From NCBI GenBank assembly GCA_963924565.1, contig OZ004607.1, positions 30,442,001-30,506,000 of the forward strand: a stretch of 64,000 nt of DNA. Direction: 5' to 3'. Positions 1 through 11,391 of the stretch are shown piece after piece. Numbering within the stretch: the first letter of the stretch is position 1; each line of letters starts with the position of its first letter. Under the pieces are notes generated by a model, which worked only from the letters and a program-made list of their open reading frames with translations, did no database searches and had not been told where the DNA came from. The DNA is from Ascidiella aspersa (lineage: Eukaryota). The translations under genes were made by a program, and so were the position numbers.

Positions 1-9
1 AGTGCTTAC

Positions 10-333
10 GGTTGACGTAGCGATTTGGGGGCGGCGAGAGGCGGTCGGCCAGGGCACTGGCGCTTCGAACCCCGGGCGCGAAACTGTTAGGGTCGTAGTG
101 ATTGTAGTTGTGGCGCTGCGGCGACATGGAAGGGTGGAAGTCGTTGTAGGAGGAGTAGTCGCCGGCGTAGTGGTGCGGAGGAAGCTCCTGCTGTTCCGGA
201 TGCGGCGGGAGGTGGTGGTACGATCCCGGGTATCCAGACGCTCCGTTGCTTACCGAGGAACTCTTGGCAGGGGAGGCGGCGGATAGGGAGGACGCCTTGC
301 CTTGGTGGTCGGTGCGGTTCCACGAGTGAGCCT
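10..333 (-). CDS. Kirrel-like exon 13 (cytoplasmic, Tyr/Pro/His-rich); gene continues left of the window
   Basis: Acceptor gttggcag, donor C|gtaagc at 9-4. Open frame EAHSWNRT...YPGSYHHLPPHPE...YNHYDPNSFAPGVRSASALADRLSPPPNRYVN. Confidence 0.82.
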
Positions 334-3300
334 CTGCCAACGGACAAGCGATAAATTCAACGTTTGTTTGATTGGACAGAAGTAGAGTGGTTTAAGGGTA
401 TATTGAGATGTATAAAAAAATATCAAAAACACTATATAGGAGAGCAGACAGGGACGTTTTTTATTTAAGGCCACTGATTACAGGCCTAAGACCCGGCAAC
501 AAAATACAACAGACTAATCTGAAAACTATCCCTGAAGAACCATACAACGTATTTCAGCGTTTTATGTCCAATTTAGGCTCATAATCCCGTGTAATTAGGA
601 AAGTACCAAACGGTATACATTGCGAATTCGTTTCGGGGTAATAATTTCCCTTAAGATGAAGAAATTAGTCTCACAATAATAAGGCATACCATAGTGTTTC
701 AAGCTTTTAAAAGCATACAAAACAAAACCAGCAAGAAATCGAAAGTGCTTTGGTTGTAGCAGTCCCTAAAGAAGCATCGCAACTTTCATAAGCAGTAGAT
801 ACAAAGTAGTTAAAAGTCGGCTTACCTTCGGTGTGGTAGCCGTCGTCGTTGCCGGAAGTCGGCGTCGGATTTGTGTCGTCACTTCCGTCCACCGAGTCCT
901 CTCGCCCGCCCACTTGCGACGAGATGGAGGAGCGAGGTTGGTAGTCGCCGCTGGCGCTCTTCTGGTGCTCGTGGAAGATCGGTACGCTCTCGTCGCCGGC
1001 GAATTCGCGGAGGGCGGCGTCTTTGGCGTTCTGCGATTAAAGCAAATGCTTAGTTAACGTTTAGGTTGATAAAATAATGAAAATAATGCGCCAGTTTTGG
1101 GGAGTTTGTGAGAACTGTTATTTTTGCTTACCCAGTTGGAAGGTATTTATACTGTGGGAAGTTTTGTTAACAAGGCTAATGAAAAAATCGTTACCTTGTC
1201 CTACCAATTGCACCTATACATCATAATACATGGCCTTAAAACTCCGAAAAGTTATACCAAAACAATCTTATAGACTAAGATTTCTATAAAATTATGATAA
1301 AGGTAATATCAATTTAGGAAACAGGCATATTCAACACTAAAATCGTAAAAAATCCAGTAAATTCTAACAGAAATAAGAAAGCAAACTTTGCTTTGTAATG
1401 TTTATAAACTCATGAAGTTAGTCGTACCTTGTGAGCAGATTTCACGTTGGCCCTTTCCAGCTCGAAGTTTGTCGACTTGCGCTGGCGCCTGGCCTTTACG
1501 CAGTGGAGCATGACCACGATAATGATGACCAGAAGGACCACGCCCCCGAAGGCTGCGCCAATCGCGACTCCCAGCATTGCCGCGCCACCGGTTGCTATGG
1601 AATCTGAAAAAAAAAACAATATTTCTACTAACAGTAGTTCATTGTGTACGCGCCTAAACAAAAGCATTAGGCCAAAATGTGTTATGACGAGTCAACGGCG
1701 GCGATGGCTAAGCATAATTTCACAGATAAAAATTGAACAAGAGGAAAGTTTTGTTACTAGGAGAAATCGTGTCTTAAAAAAATGTATTTTCCAATAGTTT
1801 GTGCAAATTTAAAGAAAAGGCTATAAAACAAACAAGCTTATTGCCAATTTTATTTTTCAAAACACCGGTTTGGGTATCTTCAAATAACCTGTTCGCTGTG
1901 TCTTGTTCTAATGTCATGCACTTTCACGACATTTACACTATATTTAATTGTTTCTGCTGATAGAAAAGCGTAAAAAAACAAACAAACACTAAAATCAAGG
2001 CGACTGATCAATTAATATTCATTACATTTAAATACCTTCAGTCAATTCAATGCTTAGGCTGTTCGTTCCGTATCCATTGGCAACCGCGCAAGTGTACGAG
2101 TGCAGGTCGTCGCTGGAGGCGCCCTTTACCAACAGGCTCGCGAACCTGTCGCCGCTTTTAAATAGGCCCTGGTACTTGACGTCACCCGCCTCAGCTATGA
2201 CGTCACCGGATGACGTAAGAGTCTGGTTGCCGGTCAGCGTGAAAGCGCGGTCCTTGTGTTCCCAAGTCCAGGTCTGCAAGAAAATTGAAAATAGTTTAGA
2301 AACGCTTTTTCGTTTGAACGAGAGAAACCAAAGCGATTAACCAAGAAAAACAGATAATTAGTTATTTGTGTTTGATGTCTGACTATAAATAATAAAACAT
2401 TCCATATTGTCATTGCTCCCCAAAATACTTTGTAATCTTGTGTCCATGATAACGGGGGACCTTGTAGAATAAAATTTGACATAAATTAATAAAACACCAA
2501 ATGCAGTAACTGGTCAAAATGCTTTAAAACAGTGTGGCAATAAAATCAGGAGCTAATTCAAACAAAACAAACCGACAGTTGTTTCATTCAAGTCAAGGAG
2601 AAGTTTACCGACAGCCTTAAAACATTTAAATTTGAAAGCACCTTTCGTAAAACTGTAAAACTACGAAGTGCAATGGCAAATCTCAGCTCAGTAGTAATGC
2701 ACTCACCACAGAATCGATTCCCGGATCACTTTTCAGCTCGCAATTCACCAGCGCGTCTTCACCAACCGCCACGTGCTGTCGGGGGGCGCTAGAGAACAGG
2801 GGGGCGCCCCTCACGCGTAACTCGATGCGAGCGCTATTGCCTCCGACCTTAAAAAAGAAAAAAATACATTAAACTTAAAATCCGGAAAAAAGCGCTAGTG
2901 AGGTAAATTGGCAAAAGTTTCAAAGGCATAACAAGTGATTGCTTATTGGTTAAAGTGACGTCAATATTTGAATTTGCTATTTTTATTAACGTAAAAACAA
3001 TTCAAAACAACAGGTACAATCATCTTAAATATACCTTTCAAAATCGTTTTTTTTTATCGACCATTTCTTATAATTTGATAAGTTTGATACAAACTAATGC
3101 AAAAGTTAAATATCCTGCTAAGTTTGCAGTTCCAAGGCTATATTTTACAGCACATTGTCGCCAAAAAATATAGGTAACAATGTAAAATAAGCGGTAAAAC
3201 ATATGGTTAGAAGGTTTTATCTGTTGTTAAAACCAAAATAAATCAGTTAACGGTCAAGCAAATGCTGCAACTTACGTTTTTGGCTGTCGCTCGGCAAACG

Positions 3301-6300
3301 TAAATCGCCGCGTCATTCTGCGTCACGTTGTGCAGCGTCACGGTGCCGCCCGTGGCCAGGACCCGGGTCTCACCCTCACGGACCCAATCTACCGAGGCCC
3401 CGGGGTTCGAATCCCACTCGCAGCTCAGGTTCACGTTTTCGCCGATCTCAACAGTCTGCGGCGACGAGCCGTTGATGAAGCGAGGCGGGTCTGTGACGTC
3501 ACAAAGGAAAAGATTTAAAAAATGCAAATGCCTTGACACTGAATTCGAAGAGGTAAGAACGCCAGGCAACAGAATTTCAAGTATTTTGTTTATGGTTGAT
3601 GAACGACTTGGAATATTTACAGACAAAAACTTGAAGAGTTAAAAAAACATAAAATAGTTTAATTTTGAAAAATGGTTTGGCAGGAAGTCTGCTAAAGACA
3701 TTTTTGCTAGAGTATATCCAATCCCCTGCTTTTACAGTGTTAAGGCACTGCAATAACGGAACATGCTACTTATTTTTTGACTGCACATTTTCACAGTACA
3801 GTTTTTATGAATAAAAGAGGAAAAACTCACATTTGACGTTGATTGACAGCTGGCTTTTCTTCGAGTAACCTGCTTCGTTCCTCGCTTGGCAGGCGATGAT
3901 CACTTCGTGCCAAGTCTTGTCGATGTCCTTAACCACGAAACTGGACGAGCTTTCGTCACTCTGGTCCTGACCGTTCACGTACCATCTTGGGAAGTATGCC
4001 CGGGTTAATAAAATCACGGTGCATATCAAAATAGACCAGGGGTGAATTGACGTGGAGTAAAACGTTAAGCGGACGTGTTGCGTATACGTTAAATCGGTAA
4101 CAATAAAACTTAATAAAAGAATTGAAAGACATCATTAGGTAAAATCAAAATTTATTTTCGCATAAAAGAATCTTCTCAAAAAACAAAGGGTGAAAAACAA
4201 ACAATTCTGGGTGCACATTAGAGTGCTTAGGAAAAATTAGAATCCGTTCAGATTAGGATTTTAGATTTATCAATTCAGATTATTTTCAGCGTGTTTTGTA
4301 CTTAGTTTGATATTATCTTATCATTTGACAGAAGCATGAATTCAAAAAAATATAAGATATAAACTCAGGTGAAGTATTTTCGCGCCAGATTGTTGTCCAA
4401 AGTTTAAAAGAATTCTCACAAATTAAAAAAACATAATTTTGATCAAATTCAACTCATAAATATAAGAACCCCCTTAAAAACATTTAAGTTAGAACAAAGT
4501 TGTTACCTGTATTGCAAGACCGGTGGGTCAGCCATTGCTCTGCATTCCACCGTCACGTCATCGCCGGCCTGGATGGAGGGCGGTAGAGAGACGGAGACAA
4601 TCGGGGGTTCTGGAAACAAATTCAGTTTAACCTCAATTTGTTAAAATGCCAAGAAGAAATTTGGTAAAGTTTTCAGAGACATTATCAGACGGAATATTAG
4701 TGAAAGGATAATAGAAAATTATCTTTGTTCGGTTTATTCAGTTTGAATAAATCATAGTTTTGAAGAAGAAATTACTGTCCTTCGGCATATATAAAATGGT
4801 AAAAACAAACTTTGCCAAACAAAACGATTTTATTTAAAAAAAAATAGCTTTCCAAGAGATGCCATGAACAACAGTAACATGGTATTCGATTTTTGGCGTA
4901 CAGAAATTTAAATTATGGACGAGAAGCTGATAAAACGGAATTTCGTAAAGCTACTGTTGAAATACAACCAGGAAAAATAAAAACATCAAAAGAAATAAAA
5001 ACACAAAGAAATATACAAGTTTCTTCACTTACTCTGCACATTCAGTCGAACCATCTTGGACTGGACCTGGTCGAGTGCAACGCTCTTCATGACGCAAGCG
5101 TACGTAGCGTCTACGTCATCAAATCCGGGGGTGATGCGCAGGGTTGAGGTGGTGTTGAAAAGGCGAGCGGGGGTGGCGGGGGTACCGGTGACCACGCTGG
5201 TGACCCCTTCGACGATTTCGACCCCGTCTGTTAATAAAAGTATTGTTTAAACACCACATTTGTTTTGTATTGGAGTTCGGTTAAATTTGGTCGGATTATG
5301 ATTTACTTTATTTTTCAAGGTGAAAAATGTGAGAGAAAAAATGTTATTGCAGTACAAATCAGCAGAAATATCAGCAATAGTTAACATGTCCCTATTTTTT
5401 TATTATTTAGTTACTATACAATAAATAATCTTTAACTAAATGCACACGAACATCAAAAAAGTGTCCTACAGCTTAAACTTTCCGTGTTTATTTTTTAACT
5501 TTTATGCAGAGACAGCAAAAAGAATTTCATTTAGTGAGTGGAAATGTCCTTATTCTTCTGGATTATTTACTATTTATTTTTAACTTGTGGTGAACTCCAC
5601 TTATTAGTTAGGACCAGGAGCCTATTTCGCAGAAATTCCGAATAAAAAGGCAATTCGCGAATGTTTGCGTCCGTTTTGGGCGACGAAAGTGGCCAGGAAA
5701 TGAAATATCGTCGACACGGGAAATGAAAACATTGGGAGACAGGGCGGCTTTACGCTACGCTGCGTATCCGTCATGCTTCGCCGAGCGCGCTTGGCGGTAA
5801 GCACGACAATAAATCTCGGCGTTTTAAAGTTATGATTTTTTGGAGTGACATTCGGTCTTACCCCTGCATCACTTTAGCTGTTTTTGTGTCGATTAATCCC
5901 ACAAAAACTAAAAAAAATCTCGGAGAAAACCCTGCTTTTGATGCTAGAAATCACAAAAATCATGTTGTTCCTTGTTCAAGGTACTTCTATAGGTTAGTAA
6001 GCACGCTCAGTCACTCCAATCCACGCTAAATTACGGATAGATTTATGAGAAATACACTTCTGATGCGTGGATGTGAAGTTTTGCGCAAACCGTTTCGTCA
6101 AAAAAAACTTACTTCTGAACCAGGACAACTCGGCGGCTGGTTTGGCGCCGTGAGCGCGGCAGGTGATGGCGTTTTCTTCGTCGGCCACAGCGTTCACAGT
6201 GATGTCGTCCGACTGGATGTGGTCTATCGTCGGTCCAATGGGCGGAACTGAAACAGCGTAAAGGCGAAATTAGACAAACGGTATACAACAGATTTCGCAA

Positions 6301-9300
6301 AGAAAGATAACTATGATTGCCGAAACGTACACCGGAGATTTTAATTCTTTACCAAACGTTTCGGTAACCTATGCAAGCCGCCTTCGCCAGGGTGAATGGC
6401 GCCTGCATAGGTTGCCGAAACGTTGGTAAATAATTAAAATTACCAGAGGACCTGTTTTTTGATTTAATACTATGCGTGGTAGCAACAGTTTATATATGTA
6501 CATTGTACACTGGAGATTTTTCGGCCTCTTGTTTCATTACGAACGAGTAAATTAATGTGGGCTTGTATACTTAATTGAAACCAGCCGACGTCAATTTGTT
6601 TCGACAACCTATCACTCCTAACTGTCGTAAATATTTGTAGTCACCCCTCAATAATTTCAATTTTAGCATTTCTTGCAAAAACATAAGGCAAATATTAAGC
6701 GATCTCATAAGGTCAACATAACGTTCGACAAGCCCATAGTTAGCGCCGAGGCTGTACATTTGACCTCGGTCTATTTGCGCAACAAGGCGCCGAGTTTATT
6801 TTGGCCCCGCGACCGCCCAGAAATCCGGGCCCAGCTTTTAGTGCACGAGGTTAAGCGTTACGTACCGAAAGCGCAACAGCGGACTGACACGGGCGCGTAA
6901 TGCCTCAAGTCAGAAGATCAAAAGGTGTCAGTGTCATGTTTCAACCTGCCTCGCCTCCTAACTTGGATTACCCCACTACAAGTACATGGTCCTTAGGAGT
7001 GGGGCTCGGTGAGTTTACTCGGTGACTATAAAAGCAGAACCTTTCTGTATTTTTTGGATAAAAATGGTAGGAAACAGATAATTTGAAGGTTCAACAAAAT
7101 ACGAACCAAATAAGGACAAAATGTGAAAAGCTCGTTAAAAACGGAGCCTGTTAGTGTTACTATTAAAGGGTACCAATGGTAAAAAACAACAAAAAATTTA
7201 TTTAGTTACAATTACAGCAAAATAAAAATGACACAAAACAATCCAGGAAAAGGTGATTGCAGAGTGAACAAACTCATTCGGAAAATTCACATTCCTAAAG
7301 CATTAGTCGCATAATATAGCGCAGATTAAAATAAATCTTCCGTTAAAAAATATGCTGCTTTCTCTATTTGTACCTTGAACGGTGACCTTGGCCTTCCTCG
7401 ATCTGAGCACGTACATGGTGACCTGGCACTCGAATATATTGTCGTCTTCCACCACATTGGCGTTCTTAATCAGCAGGTTGTACTCGCCCCTGGCTGCGTT
7501 GCCCACCATGAAGTAGCGATCCCAGTCTGTCGATTGATAAAGTTGTCGGTTTAGTTAATGTTATACTAAATTTATAACCAAATTAATTATCGAAACCTTC
7601 AGAAAGCATATGACCAACGATGGCGGCATATTAACAACGATTTAGGGAGGTTGCAAGGGCTGATCAGAGAGTAGGCTACACATCGAAGGGAAATGCGATA
7701 ACTAATAACTGTTTGTGAAGGGTTTTAAATCGTTGCCACCACATTCGCGAATTCTTTAGCAATGATGGCGTGTTGCACTTATCACGAAAACAGTTGTCAA
7801 AAGCAACATTAGGACTTTTTTCCACGCGTGCCACAACAAATGACCGTTCAAAACCATGACCTTATTTTCATAAAAGTTAGACAAGTTTTCGGCGAACTGT
7901 CGCAAATTTATTCCCTGGCGAGAAAATGTCGGCAGGTCAATTACCGACCTAACAAACGTACAGCGTATACGTATAATACAATGCGGTAAGTGCGTCGTGT
8001 GGCGAACCACAGCGGCTGCAACACATGACCCGAGTCCTATGGCAGCTGCGAGGGTCACAAGCTGCGATTCGACACGCACCCAACTCCGCTGCCGCAACTC
8101 ACTACATACAAGCAGCAGCCTTAGTGAAGAGGCCAAATTGCAGCGCTGTTACCCGTCGTGGTACAGACGTGCTATGCTTAGCTAGCGCAGGGATATTATA
8201 TTTTAACCCATTTTTGCAATAGTGCGGGGTGGTGGTTTGATGGTTTGCTTACCCTATAAAGATTTTTTTTAAACCAAGCGATTTGTAGTTATGCGGTTGA
8301 TAAAATCCATTGGCGGTTTTGTGTAAAAAGTGTAAAGGACGCATAGTCCAAATATGGATAAAACAATTCTTGAAAACAAAGTTCAAATTTTAAACATTAT
8401 AAACTTATTTACATCGCCGGTTAGCCAAACCAAAACAGGTCAAGCATGTGAAAAGGGGTGATAATTCGCGCTTCAAATCAACTACAAAGCTGCTTCATTG
8501 CACTAAACCACAACAAAACAGGCGTGTTGGAATTCAAAAGAGAGCTTTCAAAGTGTTAAACAAGTCCATTATTTCAAAGTTATAGAAAATCGTGCACGAA
8601 CCGCGCCAACTTAAAAGACTTGTTTCACGCTCAGCCCTGAAATACAAGCAGAAAACAGGCCAATTTCCGCAGTAGCGCCGTAATTCCAATTTGGCGGCGA
8701 GCGGCGTCGCCGCCGTAGGAATTACGCCGTAATTTCGTCGTAATCGGGCCTACCCTTGAACCGCGATGACGCGAACACGCCACGGTGTGTTCCTTCAGGT
8801 GCGGATGCCGAGCTCCGTTGATTGACTTAATCGTCGTCCAATTAAAGCGACGATCGCGGTCTATGGTCACGATCGGTAAAATCGATTCGGCGCCACCTTG
8901 GAGCCAAGCCATTATTAACTTGGGCTATTTGCGACTCATTATGGGACTGTTTACACGGCAAACTTGAAAGTACAAGGCTCGCTGTTATTATGCAGTCTTA
9001 TAGGCTAAAGAAATAAAACGAATGGCTGCCGGTTTTTAGGCCACGCGAATTTACCGATTCATGTAAAAAAGTACCAAAACCGTGCTATAAATACTGGGGT
9101 ATACCAACTTTGAAGCCGTCCTTTTCTCCAGTTGAAAAACAGGCACTAAAGTGCAAGTTCGCAGCGCTTTGCGTCATTGGCAAGTGCAAAGCGCGAGCGG
9201 TTATTGACTCGGATTATTGACGAGTCTTTATGAGCAATTTCGCATACACCCGGCCGCTCTGGTCCCAAACGTCAGCTTAAGCGTCGAATTCCCGGGCGTT

Positions 9301-10706
9301 CGGCCGACTAATTAAGAGAACGTCGCAGTTATGCGCGCCGCTTCAAAGTCGCCCCCATCCTATATGCTTATTAATAAACCCGAGCGCAGCAAAAAACAAC
9401 TGGCGCTTTGCTGCCCGGGGAGGCGACGAAAACACCCGGTTGATCGCCTGGCACGCTAATGAGAAACCGCTTTGTCTGTCTGTTGGTTTGACGCCCACAT
9501 CACCAATATGTCATTCCACAGACAAAGTTAAGTTTAAGTGCGGCGTGCTCGGGGAATTCCGCCAGAGGCTCGAATTATAATTTAGTCAGAATTTCCTTTG
9601 TGACCAGTAACGAAGTGCGGCGAAGCAACATAAATTTGAAAACTTATACAGTTAATTCTACCATCAATAATAAAATCACGATATATCTGGAACAGTGCTT
9701 TTTTGTCATGTTAAAAATAAGTAAACGGTTATTCATAACGTTTAAAATATGCTACCTACTTCTGTATGGGTTTTGATATACTATCCATACGTCTGACTAA
9801 AACCTCTAGCCATTACGCTCGAAAGCTGGTTCTGAATTTTTACAACCCTACTTGTGCACAACTAGCGGCCAGCCAATGACAAAAAACTCAACTATTAATG
9901 ACCTATGTTAAGCAAAGACTTTAAGTATCAAACCCCATCAAAATTGGATCACGATTTGACTTTATTTTTGATTGGGTCGCTGACTGCAGCAGTTTACACG
10001 GTCAGATTAATTAAGTCGACCCAAGGTTTCTCCAAAACTCGCCGAGATTGTAATTCACAGCACAGAGAGGAAGCTCAAAAAAGTGGACGGCTTGTCACAT
10101 TTAACTCACTTGACATGTTACGATCGGATCCCATGCCGAAGTTTTCCCGCGTCCATTGGACCGGGTTCTCGTCCTCGCCGGGCAGGTGGTCGACCACGCA
10201 ACGGAGCGTGACGTCATCACCCTGACGTACGGTGACGTCATCCGGTTCTTCGACGATGACGGGATCGACGGCGAGGCAGCACGCTGCGGAAGGATACGGT
10301 TGTATGTAATAGGGGGAATTATGTTTGTTGGCGATAAAAGTTTGGCCGTTCATAAGTTTCCGGTTAAGATTTGATTTTAGGAAAACGACACAAACAAGTA
10401 CTTCCATTAACGGCACTTCAGCACATTTTATTTTATAAACCCTTAGAATTTGGTTGATGTAACCAACACGTTTGTATACTTAGTTACAATGTAGTCGACT
10501 ATTCCCGACCCTTCATCATTAAACAATTTCAATGACTTTATTCAAACAATTCAATTCCTTTTTAATTGCGTAAGCAGCACAAGCATAAGCAGCCTAAAGT
10601 TTAAACAGTGAGAAAACGCCCGACACCTGTAGTGATTCACCCACTGATAAAACAACATACCGATAAGTTGAAGACAGATCCAGGGTATCCACAGTTTTCG
10701 AAGCAT
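10..10706 (-). CDS. KIRREL: Kin-of-IRRE/Neph (Kirrel)-like Ig-superfamily transmembrane adhesion receptor; 13 coding exons in window, 3' end off the left edge
   Basis: Exons joined by hand at GT..AG sites with matching phases: 10661-10706, 10110-10283, 7374-7526, 6113-6247, 5033-5227, 4507-4609, 3831-3985, 3276-3490, 2707-2847, 2036-2273, 1428-1603, 826-1030, 10-333 (2260 nt, 753 codons + 1 nt, no stops). Architecture is SP + 5 Ig + TM + cytoplasmic tail. Ig1 (VQWTRENFGMG..WDRYFMVGNAARGEYNLLI..DDNIFECQV..LRSRKAKVTV) and Ig2 (ITCRAHGAKPAAELSWFR) resemble KIRREL/NEPH as I recall them. The family call is strong; paralog assignment is not possible. Confidence 0.88.
826..1030 (-). CDS. Kirrel-like exon 12 (cytoplasmic)
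   Basis: Acceptor aatcgcag, donor G|gtaag. Open in phase 0: NAKDAALREFAGDESVPIF...SGNDDGYHTE. Confidence 0.85.
1428..1603 (-). CDS. Kirrel-like exon 11 (transmembrane helix and basic stop-transfer segment)
   Basis: Acceptor tttttttcag, donor AAG|gtacga. Encodes MLGVAIGAAFGGVVLLVIIIVVMLHC followed by VKARRQRK. Confidence 0.92.
2036..2273 (-). CDS. Kirrel-like exon 10 (C-half of Ig5)
   Basis: Acceptor ttcttgcag, donor G|gtattt. Encodes TWTWEHKD...SLLVKGASSDDLHSYTCAVANGYGTNSLSIELTE. Confidence 0.92.
2707..2847 (-). CDS. Kirrel-like exon 9 (end of Ig4, N-half of Ig5)
   Basis: Acceptor ttttttaag (AAG), donor GTG|gtgag. Encodes VGGNSARIELRVRGAPLFSSAPRQHVAVGEDALVNCELKSDPGIDSV. Confidence 0.9.
3276..3490 (-). 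CDS. Kirrel-like exon 8 (Ig4)
   Basis: Acceptor gtcacag, donor AAC|gtaag. Encodes YPPRFINGSSPQTVEIGENVNLSCEWDSNPGASVDWVREGE...DAAIYVCRATAKN. Confidence 0.92.
3831..3985 (-). CDS. Kirrel-like exon 7 (C-half of Ig3)
   Basis: Acceptor cttcccaag (AAG), donor T|gtgag. Encodes WYVNGQDQ...IIACQARNEAGYSKKSQLSINVK. Confidence 0.88.
4507..4609 (-). CDS. Kirrel-like exon 6 (N-half of Ig3)
   Basis: Acceptor gtttccag, donor AG|gtaac (phase 2). Encodes KPPIVSVSLPPSIQAGDDVTVECRAMADPPVLQYR. Confidence 0.9.
5033..5227 (-). CDS. Kirrel-like exon 5 (C-half of Ig2)
   Basis: Acceptor ttaacag, donor A|gtaag. Encodes NGVEIVEG...FNTTSTLRITPGFDDVDATYACVMKSVAL...VRLNVQ. Absent from the ORF track. Confidence 0.9.
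6113..6247 (-). CDS. Kirrel-like exon 4 (N-half of Ig2)
   Basis: Acceptor tgtttcag, donor A|gtaag. Encodes VPPIGPTIDH...ENAITCRAHGAKPAAELSWFR. Confidence 0.92.
6338..6440. repeat. Intronic imperfect palindrome (~100 bp) with ACGTTTCGG/CCGAAACGT arms, Penelope-like remnant
   Basis: ATTTTAATTCTTTACCAAACGTTTCGGTAACCTATGCA mirrors TGCATAGGTTGCCGAAACGTTGGTAAATAATTAAAAT. An extra partial copy TTGCCGAAACGT lies at ~6317. Confidence 0.75.
7374..7526 (-). CDS. Kirrel-like exon 3 (C-half of Ig1)
   Basis: Acceptor cgacag, donor G|gtacaa. Encodes WDRYFMVGNAARGEYNLLIKNANVVEDDNIFECQVTMYVLRSRKAKVTVQ. Confidence 0.92.
10110..10283 (-). CDS. Kirrel-like exon 2 (end of signal peptide, N-half of Ig1)
   Basis: Acceptor ccttccgcag, donor A|gtgag. 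Encodes CCLAVDPVIVEEPDDVTVRQGDDVTLRCVV...VQWTRENFGMGSDRNMS. Confidence 0.9.
10661..10706 (-). CDS. Kirrel-like coding exon 1: start codon and signal peptide MLRKLWIPWICLQLI
   Basis: gaccATG context and donor G|gtatgt (phase 1). Joins the next exon to give MLRKLWIPWICLQLIACCLA|VDP, a typical cleavable signal peptide. Confidence 0.82.
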
Positions 10707-10957
10707 GGTCGCCTCAGTCGAGCCAATATCCGAGACAATGTTTGTTATTTCGGAGTTTACAACGTTGACTCTTTGCCTACGCACATACACGACTCCAGCC
10801 TACGCGACAGCCTTCACTGGAATGTATTGGAAGTCGAAATTCGCTTTGGTCTTTTGAAGTTTCCCTGTGTATTCTTTCTGTACTTACGAAGATCCGAAAA
10901 TGGTGTAACTTGCTTCAGAGGCAATTTTATATGATTGTTATTGTTATCTAAGCTTTC
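10707..10957 (-). other. Probable 5' UTR part of the ATG-bearing exon, starting at a strong splice acceptor
   Basis: Minus strand reads tttgtcttctacag|GAAAGC with the exon start at 10957. This implies an upstream non-coding exon or a trans-splice site. No transcript evidence. Confidence 0.45.
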
Positions 10958-11306
10958 CTGTAGAAGACAAAGGGGTACATATGTTCGTTATGCCGTTCGA
11001 GAAAGTTGTAAGCGAATACGAAACACGGGCCACACACAATAACATGTACAATGTGTATGAAACAAGCACAGGCCGCGTTTCATAACAGCACCTACGACTT
11101 ATCTTTCACTCTGCTCTTAAAAGAAGCTGCCTTCTCAACTTTATATCTTGTAACAAATTAATAACCTCAAATAAATACCTCTGCCTGGATTCGATGCGGT
11201 TTACTTTCACTGATAAAATCGAACTTATCAGAAACCAACATCAACAACATTAAAACGAAATACCTAATTTGGTATTAATGTTTAAGTTTATAAGTCCACA
11301 TAAAAC

Positions 11307-11391
11307 GGCTTCCTGGTTTATTCAAACCTAAAAATATTTATAAAATTAAAAAATTCTTATAAAAAGGCTTCCTGGTTTATTCATACCTAAA
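11307..11391. repeat. 26-bp direct repeat GGCTTCCTGGTTTATTCA(A/T)ACCTAAA, 59-bp period
   Basis: Copies at 11307-11332 and 11366-11391 with one mismatch. Confidence 0.85.

Noticed and set aside
2-1797. + strand ORFs (2-286, 833-1057, 871-1053, 1447-1797)
   Set aside because: Antisense to real minus-strand exons.
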